DNA from: a virus
Lineage: Duplodnaviria > Caudoviricetes
Reading direction: 5' to 3' (one strand)
Virus record (IMG/VR): IMGVR_UViG_3300034102_002694
Coordinates: 1-61,727 of that record
DNA length: 61,727 nucleotides
Position 1 is the stretch's first letter, and the number at the start of each line of letters is the position of its first letter. The translations under genes and the position numbers were made by a program. The notes beneath the pieces were generated by a model. The model had not been told where the DNA came from. It worked only from the letters and a program-made list of their open reading frames with translations, and did no database searches. Positions 1 through 8,818 of the stretch are shown piece by piece.

Positions 1-1
1 C

Positions 2-7
2 TAAATA
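2..7 (+). promoter_or_regulatory. T4-type late promoter core (TAAATA)
   Basis: TAAATA about 20 nt upstream of the ATG at 27; matches the gp55 late-promoter core. Confidence 0.55.
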
Positions 8-26
8 TCTAAAAAGTATTCTTAAA

Positions 27-611
27 ATGGACACACAAGATATTCGTAGTCTTCAAGAAGCATATTTAGAAGTTGTTATGAGTGAAGGCAAAGTTCCTTG
101 GAATGACCCTAAGAACCCTCTAGAGAGTGGACACACTCCAGCAGAAAAGAATAGGGCAAAAAGAGAAAGAACTGGTGTAGAAGACCTTAAGAAGTCTCCG
201 TCAGATAAAGATTATGCTAGATATGGTGCTATGAAGTCGGTTGATGATGAGCAGTCTAGTGCCTCCAATAAAAATAAATCCGCTCATAAGTTTCGTGATT
301 ATCCAATCAAAACTAGTAAAGGAAAAACACAAACAACAGGTCAACTCAGAAGGTCTAGAGGAACTCCTAAACCAGGAGCATCTGATGAAAAATCAAATCT
401 TTATCAATCTCCTATTAAAAAAGATGATAAGAGAACTAGGGGTGGAAGAACAGACCAGTGGAAAGGTTCAAATCCAAGAAATGAAGAAGTAGACATCTAC
501 GACATCATCCTTTCGCACTTACTTGATGAAGGTTATGCTGAAACCACAGAAGCAGCAGAAGCAATTATGGTGAATATGAGTGAAGAGTGGAGAGATAGTA
601 TTGTTGGATGA
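27..611 (+). CDS. Cyanophage hypothetical protein, possibly an internal head protein (basic core, acidic conserved-looking termini)
   Basis: 194 aa ORF with upstream late promoter and downstream terminator; N-term SLQEAY, K/R-rich middle, C-term EEVDIYDIILSHLLDEGYA...MSEEW. Confidence 0.5.
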   Translation: MDTQDIRSLQEAYLEVVMSEGKVPWNDPKNPLESGHTPAEKNRAKRERTGVEDLKKSPSDKDYARYGAMKSVDDEQSSASNKNKSAHKFRDYPIKTSKGKTQTTGQLRRSRGTPKPGASDEKSNLYQSPIKKDDKRTRGGRTDQWKGSNPRNEEVDIYDIILSHLLDEGYAETTEAAEAIMVNMSEEWRDSIVG

Positions 612-636
612 TAAAAACTGAATAACTAATATAACT

Positions 637-663
637 AAGAGGGTATAACAACCCTCTTTTTTT
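637..663 (+). terminator. Rho-independent terminator
   Basis: AAGAGGGT-ataaca-ACCCTCTT hairpin followed by a T-run. Confidence 0.85.
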
Positions 664-783
664 ATGTCTCATAATACTCAAAACGAACCTATGCCTAACT
701 GGATAATCTGGGCAGGCATAGGACTTATGATATTCACAATACTTTGCTTTGTCTTACTGACTGTTGGGATGATTTATGAATGA
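664..783 (+). CDS. Small single-pass membrane protein (39 aa)
   Basis: Read manually: MSHNTQNEPMPNWIIWAGIGLMIFTILCFVLLTVGMIYE; one hydrophobic helix. Confidence 0.5.
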   Translation: MSHNTQNEPMPNWIIWAGIGLMIFTILCFVLLTVGMIYE

Positions 784-796
784 GTAGAAACACTCA

Positions 797-830
797 TTGA
801 CCTCTTTGTTAAGGAGTGTTAAGATAAATA
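797..830 (+). promoter_or_regulatory. Dual psbD promoter: sigma70-type (TTGACC-17-TAAGAT) overlapping a late ATAAATA
   Basis: TTGACC 797-802, TAAGAT 820-825, ATAAATA 824-830; strong SD GGAGG before the ATG at 852. Confidence 0.7.
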
Positions 831-851
831 TGAGAAATAACATAGGAGGTT

Positions 852-1913
852 ATGACTTCTTCAACACTTTCACGACCAATTTCACAAAGAGGATGGTTTG
901 ATGTACTCGATGACTGGCTTAAGAGAGATCGTTTCGTTTTTGTTGGCTGGTCTGGACTTCTTCTTTTTCCCACTGCTTACCTTGCTCTTGGTGGTTGGCT
1001 TACTGGGACGACTTTCGTTACGAGTTGGTATACTCACGGGTTGGCAAGTTCCTATCTTGAGGGTGCAAACTTTCTTACTGCAGCAGTTAGTACTCCAGCA
1101 GATGCTATGGGTCATTCTCTTCTTCTGCTCTGGGGTCCTGAGGCTCAAGGGGATATCGTCAGGTGGTTCCAACTTGGGGGACTCTGGACTTTTGTGGCAC
1201 TCCACGGCGCCTTTAGTCTGATTGGATTCATGCTTCGTCAGTTTGAGATTGCTCGTCTGGTAGGTATCCGTCCTTATAATGCAATCGCATTCTCTGGTCC
1301 TATTGCAGTATTTGTTTCTGTATTCTTAATGTATCCTCTGGGGCAATCCAGTTGGTTCTTTGCACCTTCATTTGGTGTCGCTGCTATCTTCCGCTTCCTG
1401 CTGTTCCTACAAGGTTTCCATAACTGGACTCTCAACCCCTTCCATATGATGGGAGTTGCTGGTATACTGGGAGGAGCATTGCTCTGTGCTATTCACGGAG
1501 CAACTGTAGAAAACACACTATTTGAAGACAGTGAACAAGCAAATACATTCAAAGCGTTTGAACCAACTCAAGAGGAAGAAACCTATTCAATGGTTACTGC
1601 TAACAGATTCTGGTCGCAAATTTTTGGTATTGCTTTCAGTAATAAGCGTTGGCTTCATTTCTTCATGCTTTTCGTTCCCGTTATGGGTCTCTGGACTTCT
1701 TCTATCGGTATTATTGGTCTTGCTCTTAACCTTAGAGCTTACGACTTTGTAAGTCAGGAGATTAGAACAGCAGAAGACCCTGAGTTTGAAACATTTTACA
1801 CAAAAAATATACTTTTGAATGAAGGACTCCGTGCCTGGATGGCTCCAGTAGACCAGCCACACGAGCAATTTGTATTTCCTGAAGAAGTGTTGCCTAGGGG
1901 TAATGCTCTGTGA
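852..1913 (+). CDS. psbD: Photosystem II D2 protein
   Basis: [34 protein letters not shown]-term [12 protein letters not shown]; uninterrupted 353 aa. Confidence 0.99.
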   Translation: MTSSTLSRPISQRGWFDVLDDWLKRDRFVFVGWSGLLLFPTAYLALGGWLTGTTFVTSWYTHGLASSYLEGANFLTAAVSTPADAMGHSLLLLWGPEAQGDIVRWFQLGGLWTFVALHGAFSLIGFMLRQFEIARLVGIRPYNAIAFSGPIAVFVSVFLMYPLGQSSWFFAPSFGVAAIFRFLLFLQGFHNWTLNPFHMMGVAGILGGALLCAIHGATVENTLFEDSEQANTFKAFEPTQEEETYSMVTANRFWSQIFGIAFSNKRWLHFFMLFVPVMGLWTSSIGIIGLALNLRAYDFVSQEIRTAEDPEFETFYTKNILLNEGLRAWMAPVDQPHEQFVFPEEVLPRGNAL

Positions 1914-1920
1914 TATACTG

Positions 1921-1942
1921 GGAGGGGCAACCCTCCTTTTTT
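1921..1942 (+). terminator. Rho-independent terminator
   Basis: GGAGGG-GCAA-CCCTCC plus TTTTTT. Confidence 0.9.
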
Positions 1943-1943
1943 A

Positions 1944-2198
1944 ATGATTGGTTCAGACACTCCTTACAAACTCACTGAAATTATCCAAGACACTTGGCCA
2001 CAACTTTATAGACCAATGAAGAAAATGCAAGTCACTGAACATAATATTACTGATTGGAACCTCAACGAAGAGGAAATCGATGCACTCATCTCTCTTTCCA
2101 AGGAGAAGATGAAGTCATGTGATGATGATAAGATGTGTGAACTATTTTATGGACTTCTTACTGGTAAATTGATCATTATGAAAAATGATAGAAATTGA
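1944..2198 (+). CDS. Hypothetical protein
   Basis: ORF in a tightly packed + strand run; start uncertain. Confidence 0.55.
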   Translation: MIGSDTPYKLTEIIQDTWPQLYRPMKKMQVTEHNITDWNLNEEEIDALISLSKEKMKSCDDDKMCELFYGLLTGKLIIMKNDRN

Positions 2199-2403
2199 AT
2201 CTTTCAAACAAACATCTGAAAAACCTTATATTCGTCATGACTATAAAGTAGTTTTTGCGAATGGAAAGTCTGCCATCTTTGATAACTATGAAGATGTTCA
2301 AAGAACTTGGTGGCAAACTCCAAACCAACTTCTAGGACATGTTGAAGTTTTAGATCATAAGGAAACAAAACCAAAACCAAAACCAAAAAGTAAAGGATTT
2401 TGA
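2185..2403 (+). CDS. Hypothetical cyanophage protein
   Basis: ORF overlapping the previous stop; ends in KSKGF. Confidence 0.65.
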   Translation: MIEIESFKQTSEKPYIRHDYKVVFANGKSAIFDNYEDVQRTWWQTPNQLLGHVEVLDHKETKPKPKPKSKGF

Positions 2404-2404
2404 A

Positions 2405-2734
2405 ATGAAAAAGTATAATGAAGAATACTTTTCAGTCTTAAATAAAAAGACTGGGAAAAAACTTTTAGATTGTGGTGAAGAATTTGATGCTCTTGAAATG
2501 GTTGCCCTTGATCCACATAACCGAACTTATACTCGTAATAAATTCCTGATGGGCCCTGTTGTGGATGTTGAGATTCCTAAGTCACTTCCAACTAACGAGA
2601 TTGTTGATTTGGGCGGTAAGTGGGATGATCCAATTTCAGAAGGTATTGATCCTTATAACCTAAGGGGAAGGCATCCAATGCAGCCAGTTAAAAAACAATT
2701 AAATAAAAGTGATGCTGAAGTTTTCGTACCCTAA
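2405..2734 (+). CDS. Hypothetical protein
   Basis: 109 aa ORF abutting the previous gene. Confidence 0.65.
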   Translation: MKKYNEEYFSVLNKKTGKKLLDCGEEFDALEMVALDPHNRTYTRNKFLMGPVVDVEIPKSLPTNEIVDLGGKWDDPISEGIDPYNLRGRHPMQPVKKQLNKSDAEVFVP

Positions 2735-2834
2735 TGAAAATTAGATTTTAGCTATATTTTGACCCTAAAAAAATTCCCGGTAAAAAATCACCATATAAGA
2801 TTTTTTCCTATATAATATCTGGTGTTGCGTTTTT

Positions 2835-2990
2835 ATGCCAAAAAATCAGTTAATGAAAGATGAATTTAAAGTTAGAGTTATGAAGTTGAAACAACAACTC
2901 CAATCTGAACAACGGTATCCAGGAGAAAAAGAACTTGCCAATAAGTACTTAGATGAAGTATTATTCATTATTGATCAGTATTCTAGATGA
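2835..2990 (+). CDS. Hypothetical protein (51 aa)
   Basis: Read manually: MPKNQLMKDEFKVRVMKLK...LDEVLFIIDQYSR. Confidence 0.55.
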   Translation: MPKNQLMKDEFKVRVMKLKQQLQSEQRYPGEKELANKYLDEVLFIIDQYSR

Positions 2991-2993
2991 CTT

Positions 2994-3317
2994 ATGACCT
3001 TGCCTCAACAAGAACATAACTCTCTTCTAGCCACCAGAGAGTTTTTAAAACTTCTTTTAGATGAAGTAAAGTATCCAGATCTTCCTGAAAAAATTAGGTT
3101 ATCTGCAAAATCTCTTTTGGAATATTATCCACAACGTTCAAAAATAGATCAATTATATTCTGGAAATACATTTTCTGATATTATTCCCTCCAATGAATCT
3201 GATATAACAGATGAAGAAAGAGAAAATAATAATAAAATTTTAAATGACAATCAAACTTGGGAAACTCCTGGATTTAAATGGAAAACCGAAGTTGAGTTTG
3301 TTTCTGCAGAGTCTTAA
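2994..3317 (+). CDS. Hypothetical protein
   Basis: 107 aa ORF, MTLP...TREFL...P..IR..AKSLL..YP. Confidence 0.6.
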   Translation: MTLPQQEHNSLLATREFLKLLLDEVKYPDLPEKIRLSAKSLLEYYPQRSKIDQLYSGNTFSDIIPSNESDITDEERENNNKILNDNQTWETPGFKWKTEVEFVSAES

Positions 3318-3327
3318 GACTTTTCTT

Positions 3328-3398
3328 GGGGAATTAGTTAAACGGTATAACGGGTGCTTTGCAAGCACTTATTAGGAGTTCGATTCTCCTATTCTCCA
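3328..3398 (+). tRNA. tRNA-Ala(UGC)
   Basis: Acceptor GGGGAAT/ATTCTCC with the G3:U70 Ala identity pair; anticodon loop TTTGCAA; TTCGA T-loop; no encoded CCA. Confidence 0.9.
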
Positions 3399-3401
3399 TT
3401 C

Positions 3402-3429
3402 TTGACAAATAGGCTAAATAACTTATAAT
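3402..3429 (+). promoter_or_regulatory. Dual early/late promoter
   Basis: TTGACA-16-TATAAT with TAAATA (3415-3420) in the spacer. Confidence 0.65.
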
Positions 3430-3452
3430 TACTAAGTGTTTAGTGATTTAGT

Positions 3453-3626
3453 ATGAACGTTCCGAATACTTCCGAATTGATGCACATGAGGATTCAAGCT
3501 TGGATGAGGGAGTATAAATGTGAAGATATTGAATATCTCGGTGTACGAGAAGGTGAGCATTATTATAGAATTGCAGAACACGAAGTACCTGTATCAGCCA
3601 TAGAAGATTTGGAGCAAGTATCATGA
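3453..3626 (+). CDS. Hypothetical protein (57 aa)
   Basis: Read manually: MNVPNTSELMHMRIQAWMRE...; ATGA overlap with the next gene. Confidence 0.6.
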   Translation: MNVPNTSELMHMRIQAWMREYKCEDIEYLGVREGEHYYRIAEHEVPVSAIEDLEQVS

Positions 3627-3820
3627 CAAAACCCTACATAATATATGACGCAGAACCAAAACAAGATAAATGGAATCGAGGACTAGATTTGTTCATCGAA
3701 AGTGTTTATAAACCGGATAGTGAACTTAGACAATCTGCTCATGATCAAAAATGTTTCCATGAATTGATGGATGTCAGAGAAAATGTTTTAGAGTATTTAA
3801 AAACAATTCGCTGGCAGTGA
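3623..3820 (+). CDS. Hypothetical cyanophage protein
   Basis: WNRGLDLFIESVYKPD..LR..AHDQKC; coupled start. Confidence 0.65.
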   Translation: MTKPYIIYDAEPKQDKWNRGLDLFIESVYKPDSELRQSAHDQKCFHELMDVRENVLEYLKTIRWQ

Positions 3821-3821
3821 T

Positions 3822-4058
3822 ATGGAATACTACTATATTTGGTTTTTTTTATTTGTAATAGCTGCATATTTTATTGTCACCGATAGTAGTGTAGCACAGG
3901 CATTTTATTATGTTAGTAAACTTTTAAAGTTCCAATATGAAAAAACCAAGTGGTGGTTATTGAATAATCCTCGTAATCCTATAGTAAAATATTTGGTGTG
4001 GAGACGAGCGATGAAACTTGCAAAACAATTGGAAAAAGAATTTAGAGAGAAAAATTAA
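3822..4058 (+). CDS. Hypothetical membrane protein
   Basis: N-terminal hydrophobic helix; abuts the previous gene. Confidence 0.6.
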   Translation: MEYYYIWFFLFVIAAYFIVTDSSVAQAFYYVSKLLKFQYEKTKWWLLNNPRNPIVKYLVWRRAMKLAKQLEKEFREKN

Positions 4059-4064
4059 AAATTA

Positions 4065-5210
4065 ATGTCAATTAAACTAATATGCTTTGAACCTTGGCAA
4101 GGAAAAGGTATATCCCAATATGATAGTGGATTTGGGGATAGGATTAAATTTTGGGTCTTAGCTTATCACCTTTCGTTAATTATTGAAGATGTTCAAATAA
4201 TCGTGGAAGAACAATATTGGCCCGAATTATTGTTGATTGATTTGCCCAATACCACACCACAAAATATTTTTTCATTGGGGCTATCTAAAAATCAATTACT
4301 TCCACTTACTTGGGAAAAAGTTAGAGATATCATATTAACTGAAGATAATAGTTTGTTAAATTCTTCCGACGATACTTACTATTATTTTAATTTTTCTATA
4401 CATTATATTGGGGATATTTTTTGTAACCAAAATATTACCAACAATTTTATTATACACAACGGTGTATCTAAAATTAAATTGAAACTACCAATTGTTTCTG
4501 ATTTTATAGAACAAGAATTTTCTGACTGTTGTTATATACATTTACGGAGAGGTAATGGAACATTCCCTACTTTAAAATTTTTAAATGAAATGGAACGATT
4601 CTTATCTAAAGAAACCGTAGATTTTTATTGGAAAACTTTTCATAGGGAAAGGTTAGGAAAATCCATACGTTCAAAAACATATAAGTATTATGATTTTTTA
4701 ATTGATAAAGATACTGACACTGAAAAAAAATATTTACCTACAAAAAAAGTTGCTTATGATTATACTTGGGTAAATAATTATAAAATCATATCAGATTCAG
4801 ATTATTTTAATTTAATTCAGACGGTTATTCTTAAAGAAAATCCTGATCAAAAAATTTATATAAGCTCGGACATTCCCAAAAAGTATTACTCATATTATTA
4901 TGATAATTTTCCAAATAATATAATGGATAAGGAGTTTTATTTTAAAAAATTTTTAAATTTATATAAAAATAAACTTCCCGCAGAAAAATTTAAAAATCAA
5001 TATTCAATTCCGATTTTTAAAATTTTTGAAAATGTATTTGATTTGATGGTAGGTTGTTATTCGGAAACTGTAGTTAAATCAACTTCCAATTGGAGTAAGA
5101 TCTCTGCACTCTATAAAAAAAAGAACATTATACATGCGGACAGAATACTTTCAATCAATTCTTTAGGGAATTGGATTTTTATAGATCATGAGATTGACTT
5201 TATAGATTAA
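4065..5210 (+). CDS. Putative GT-B fucosyltransferase-like glycosyltransferase (GT11/NodZ-like)
   Basis: Motifs GFGDRI (cf. GLGNQ), IHLRRGN (cf. VHIRRGD), IYISSD, FDLMVG...STSNWS (cf. DL.LM...STFSWW). Confidence 0.65.
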   Translation: MSIKLICFEPWQGKGISQYDSGFGDRIKFWVLAYHLSLIIEDVQIIVEEQYWPELLLIDLPNTTPQNIFSLGLSKNQLLPLTWEKVRDIILTEDNSLLNSSDDTYYYFNFSIHYIGDIFCNQNITNNFIIHNGVSKIKLKLPIVSDFIEQEFSDCCYIHLRRGNGTFPTLKFLNEMERFLSKETVDFYWKTFHRERLGKSIRSKTYKYYDFLIDKDTDTEKKYLPTKKVAYDYTWVNNYKIISDSDYFNLIQTVILKENPDQKIYISSDIPKKYYSYYYDNFPNNIMDKEFYFKKFLNLYKNKLPAEKFKNQYSIPIFKIFENVFDLMVGCYSETVVKSTSNWSKISALYKKKNIIHADRILSINSLGNWIFIDHEIDFID

Positions 5211-5220
5211 ATTCTTTATA

Positions 5221-5499
5221 ATGGGAAGGATTCTTGAATTTAAAATGAAAGATCTTAGAACTCCAAAGTTTCCTTCTTATAATATTAAAGAAGGTCAGTA
5301 TGTAAAATTTGTTGGTTGTACAAGAGAACAAGTCAACTGGGGTAATAATACGGATCCAGAAAATCTTCTTGTTCCTGGTGGAATCTATTACGTTGAACAG
5401 GTGATTATAAAATCTTCTCATACTAAACTCATCCTCCGTGGTGTTGGGGGTAAGTTCAACAGTGTTTGTTTCGAATCATTAGGTAATGGCTCTTTCTGA
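5221..5499 (+). CDS. Hypothetical protein
   Basis: VKFVGC..EQVNWG..DP...HTKL.L.GV.GKFNSVCF. Confidence 0.65.
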   Translation: MGRILEFKMKDLRTPKFPSYNIKEGQYVKFVGCTREQVNWGNNTDPENLLVPGGIYYVEQVIIKSSHTKLILRGVGGKFNSVCFESLGNGSF

Positions 5500-5683
5500 G
5501 AAAGCTAAGATTTACTACAATGTCTGGTGTTGTGCTTATAGGAGACGATACGAAGCCAAAATAAAAGAAAATTGGGATCTTTATGATGGAGAACATCTCA
5601 CACTTCTTATGTGTTTCAAAATGAAAGATGCAAAGTGGACAAAGTTTGATAGTGACAAAACTTATTTTCCTGTAGGACAATGA
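5486..5683 (+). CDS. Hypothetical protein
   Basis: Overlapping coupled ORF. Confidence 0.6.
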   Translation: MALSEKAKIYYNVWCCAYRRRYEAKIKENWDLYDGEHLTLLMCFKMKDAKWTKFDSDKTYFPVGQ

Positions 5684-5874
5684 TTTCTATTTTTGATCTG
5701 TTTCATGATGAACGTCGTTATGGGTGGGTTGTGGATAAACGTTACGACTGGATTAACTTACTTCACAAAATGGAAAAGAATAATCCACGCCGTTTCGAAG
5801 AATTTAAGTACTCTAAAGAAACTTTATATCATTACCTAGATAGAATACAGCAAGAACAAAATTTGTACGACTAA
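5680..5874 (+). CDS. Hypothetical protein
   Basis: ATGA-coupled ORF. Confidence 0.6.
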   Translation: MISIFDLFHDERRYGWVVDKRYDWINLLHKMEKNNPRRFEEFKYSKETLYHYLDRIQQEQNLYD

Positions 5875-5875
5875 A

Positions 5876-6859
5876 TTGATGAATAAGAAAATTATTAAAG
5901 TAATTCAAAGAGATAAATCTTTGATGAATTTAACTTGGGTAGTTAATAATATATGTAATAATAAATGTTCATACTGCGTACCAGATTTAAATAGTGGTAT
6001 GGGACACCACTATACTTGGGAAAACGCACAAAAATTTTTAGAAAAATTATTTGAAAAGTATCCAAAAATTCATTGTTCAGTAAGTGGAGGTGAACCAAGT
6101 ATTAGTCCTTTTTTGCCAGATTTGGTGAAAATGTTCAATTCTTCGGGCAATACTATAGGTACAACCAGTAATGCATTTAAACCAATAGAATATTGGGAAG
6201 ACATCTCAAAATATTTGTATTATATTTGTTTTTCGTATCATCCAGAGTTCCCTGTTAAAAACTTTAGAGAAAAAGTAATTGCTGCCAGTTTGAATACTTA
6301 TGTAACTGTAAGAGTGATGATGCTTCCATCTAAGTGGGAACACTGTGTAGAAGTATTCAATTCTTTAAAAGATATTGATACTCTTCTTATAGAACCTGTT
6401 AGAATTTTAGATTGGGGTGGTAAAAATAGAGAAGCCCATGTTTACACCAAAGAACAATTAGATTGGTTTGAACGTGAAGAAATTATGGAAGCACATAATA
6501 AAATGATATCCCATTTAATGGAAAGGGGAGAATCAGTGGAACTACAATCCACATTTATACTTGATGATGGATCTATTTTATCTGGTAAAAATGCAAATCC
6601 CGTACAATTTATTAATTACGGTATGACCAATTTTGAAGGATATGTTTGTGAAATTGGATTAAAAAGTTTATTTGTACATTATGATGGAAAAATACAATTA
6701 GGAAACTGTATGGTTGGTGGGATTATTGGAGAAATTGAAGACTTTGAAAATATTAAGTGGCCAACTTATCCTGTTATCTGCAACAAAACCTTATGTCATT
6801 GTGCCACTGACGTTAATATTAGTAAATGGGCAATAAATTATACTGAATACATACAATGA
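5876..6859 (+). CDS. Radical SAM protein with C-terminal SPASM/twitch-like Cys cluster
   Basis: CNNKCSYC (CxxxCxxC), SGGEP, C-term C..G..SL...G....C and CNKTLCHC. Confidence 0.9.
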   Translation: MMNKKIIKVIQRDKSLMNLTWVVNNICNNKCSYCVPDLNSGMGHHYTWENAQKFLEKLFEKYPKIHCSVSGGEPSISPFLPDLVKMFNSSGNTIGTTSNAFKPIEYWEDISKYLYYICFSYHPEFPVKNFREKVIAASLNTYVTVRVMMLPSKWEHCVEVFNSLKDIDTLLIEPVRILDWGGKNREAHVYTKEQLDWFEREEIMEAHNKMISHLMERGESVELQSTFILDDGSILSGKNANPVQFINYGMTNFEGYVCEIGLKSLFVHYDGKIQLGNCMVGGIIGEIEDFENIKWPTYPVICNKTLCHCATDVNISKWAINYTEYIQ

Positions 6860-7014
6860 ACTTTACTAGAGAACACTGTCAATTGATTTACACAGCAGTT
6901 AGAAGTCATCAAGACAAATATTATTATGATCGTCAAACCTGGGCCCAATGCAACGAGGTTCTTGACGAACTCTATAAATTGGTCTATACTCAAAGACAAG
7001 AACAACCCACTTAA
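6856..7014 (+). CDS. Hypothetical protein (52 aa)
   Basis: Read manually: MNFTREHCQLIYTAVR...; ATGA overlap with the radical SAM stop. Confidence 0.55.
   Translation: MNFTREHCQLIYTAVRSHQDKYYYDRQTWAQCNEVLDELYKLVYTQRQEQPT
6962..6990 (+). promoter_or_regulatory. Sigma70-type promoter
   Basis: TTGACG-17-TATACT. Confidence 0.55.
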
Positions 7015-7016
7015 TC

Positions 7017-7196
7017 ATGGTTATTGCAACAACTGAAAAGTTTCCACATTCCGGTTTTCCATTTCGTCTTGATTTGAAAGAAGGAAAAGACAACCGAATT
7101 TGTTGGTTTGAATGTAAAGTTCATGTGGATAAATTTATTCAAAAACATAAACTTAAAAAGAAAGATTATACTTTAACTATTTCGAAAGAGGTATAG
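7017..7196 (+). CDS. Hypothetical protein (59 aa)
   Basis: Read manually: MVIATTEKFPHSGFPFRL...ICWFEC..HVDKFI. Confidence 0.6.
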   Translation: MVIATTEKFPHSGFPFRLDLKEGKDNRICWFECKVHVDKFIQKHKLKKKDYTLTISKEV

Positions 7197-7409
7197 ATGC
7201 AAGAATTTGAATGGATTGACGATTGTTTTCGAGTAGAAGAACAGAAGTGGGGAACTTGGAGGTCTTATGACACAGAAGGAAATGGAGTCATTACTTCTCT
7301 TCACAGGGAAGAATGTATCGCAGCTACTCGTTGGTATTTAAAAAATAAACAGGAAGGTTTTGTTGAAAATGATGTTAAATATGAGGGGGTTGTAGGAGGA
7401 AAACTCTGA
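7197..7409 (+). CDS. Hypothetical protein
   Basis: Abutting ORF ending YEGVVGGKL. Confidence 0.65.
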   Translation: MQEFEWIDDCFRVEEQKWGTWRSYDTEGNGVITSLHREECIAATRWYLKNKQEGFVENDVKYEGVVGGKL

Positions 7410-7675
7410 TGTACGTTCCACAGGTTAACGATTATGTAATCTGGAATGATGGAAAAAGTGTAGAGGGTTGGGTCTATTTTAAAGACGATGAGTATGTAAC
7501 AATTGAAGTTTGCGTAAGACCTAAAGATTGTATAAATTATGAAGCTTGCAACTTACATCGTAATGAAAGACTTCTTGTATTATGTTATAAAAACCGATGG
7601 AAGGAATTAGTGTATGTCAGATCAAGAGAATCAGTATATGAAGAAACAGAAAACTGTATGGCGATGGTGGGCTAA
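7409..7675 (+). CDS. Hypothetical protein
   Basis: MYVPQVNDYV.W...EGWVYF; coupled start. Confidence 0.65.
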   Translation: MYVPQVNDYVIWNDGKSVEGWVYFKDDEYVTIEVCVRPKDCINYEACNLHRNERLLVLCYKNRWKELVYVRSRESVYEETENCMAMVG

Positions 7676-7871
7676 AGCACTTGGAGAAAAAGCATCTAAA
7701 TGTGACCGAGAATCTGATACTGTTGCTCGCATACGCACCTTTATTTTTATTACTTACTTAGTCACTAACTGTTTTATTGTGGCCGGGGTAATCCGACACT
7801 GGAATGATACTTCTCCAGTCATTCATATTGAAATTAAACCGGAAGATGGATCACAACTCCCAGAAGTCTAA
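7614..7871 (+). CDS. Hypothetical membrane protein
   Basis: WRWWAKALGEKA...IRTFIFITYLVTNCFIVAGVIRHW; start probably at the internal Met. Confidence 0.6.
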   Translation: MSDQENQYMKKQKTVWRWWAKALGEKASKCDRESDTVARIRTFIFITYLVTNCFIVAGVIRHWNDTSPVIHIEIKPEDGSQLPEV

Positions 7872-8054
7872 TAGTACTATACCACTTATAATCGTTTTAG
7901 TCATTCTTTTTTTGCTTGACTTATCAATTATAGGTGGTATACTATATAAGGGACATGCAAATTTTATCGAATTATTTAAACATTTAAACCATGGCTAAAA
8001 GAACTTACACAATTCAAAAAAAAGATCCAACACACAATCAAGTATGGGAATGGA

Positions 8055-8255
8055 ATGAAACTCCAGAACTTATTCAACTCCTTAAAGAACTACACACAAA
8101 CAAGCCCACACCCAGCATTGGACCCAACAACTCCCTGGTATGATTGGTTGTGTTATTGCGAAATCTGCGAAAGTTTAGGTCCCCTCCCAGGTCAACCTTC
8201 TCTTCGCAGATTTATGTCATATAGGAGATACTTAAAAGAAGTAGGTGTATTATGA
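8055..8255 (+). CDS. Hypothetical protein
   Basis: WLCYCEICESLG motif; coupled to the next gene. Confidence 0.5.
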   Translation: MKLQNLFNSLKNYTQTSPHPALDPTTPWYDWLCYCEICESLGPLPGQPSLRRFMSYRRYLKEVGVL

Positions 8256-8467
8256 TTACAACAAATTGGTTCCAGAGAAAATGGGGATTTGAAGATACTG
8301 TTTTGATCGATGAGCTTTATTCCCGAATCGTTGATTTGGAACAAAGAGTTAGAGTTCTTGAAGAAGAAAATGTAAGTACTACTAACGAATTGTATCGCAT
8401 GGAGAATTCTTTGGATGCTCGTATAGATATTATTGCAGAACGTTGTGGAATTAGTTACGATGTATGA
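8252..8467 (+). CDS. Hypothetical coiled-coil protein
   Basis: LEQRVRVLEEENV..TNELY heptad pattern. Confidence 0.6.
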   Translation: MITTNWFQRKWGFEDTVLIDELYSRIVDLEQRVRVLEEENVSTTNELYRMENSLDARIDIIAERCGISYDV

Positions 8468-8633
8468 ACTTGATGACTTTGAAAAAGCCCTCGCTCATTT
8501 TGGTACACGGGTGGATATCATTATTGCTCTTGAAATGGGTGGAAAAATTGATGGCATATCTGCCTATAAAGAAATCAAAGCAGAACTTAAAGAACTTAAA
8601 CGAGCAAAGAAACAATACGGTAAGGATATGTAA
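8460..8633 (+). CDS. Hypothetical protein
   Basis: MYELDDFEKALAHFGTRVDIIIALEMGGK. Confidence 0.6.
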   Translation: MYELDDFEKALAHFGTRVDIIIALEMGGKIDGISAYKEIKAELKELKRAKKQYGKDM

Positions 8634-8779
8634 TAAATGTGGTGAAACCAAACCACTAACTTTAGATTATTATCAACCCGTAAAATCCTTTAAATATAAT
8701 TTCAGTTATTATTGCAATGACTGCAATAAACCAAAACCTAAAGAATAATATTTTTAAAGACCCCCCTAACACATTGACT

Positions 8780-8787
8780 TATAAATA
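8780..8787 (+). promoter_or_regulatory. T4 late promoter TATAAATA
   Basis: Perfect consensus about 30 nt upstream of the tail-collar gene at 8819. Confidence 0.8.
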
Positions 8788-8818
8788 TTCTAAACGCAGG
8801 TAATAGTTTGGTATACTT

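Noticed and set aside
852-1913. Intron or homing element in psbD (also considered for thyX and tRNA-Leu UAA)
   Set aside because: All are contiguous and of normal length.
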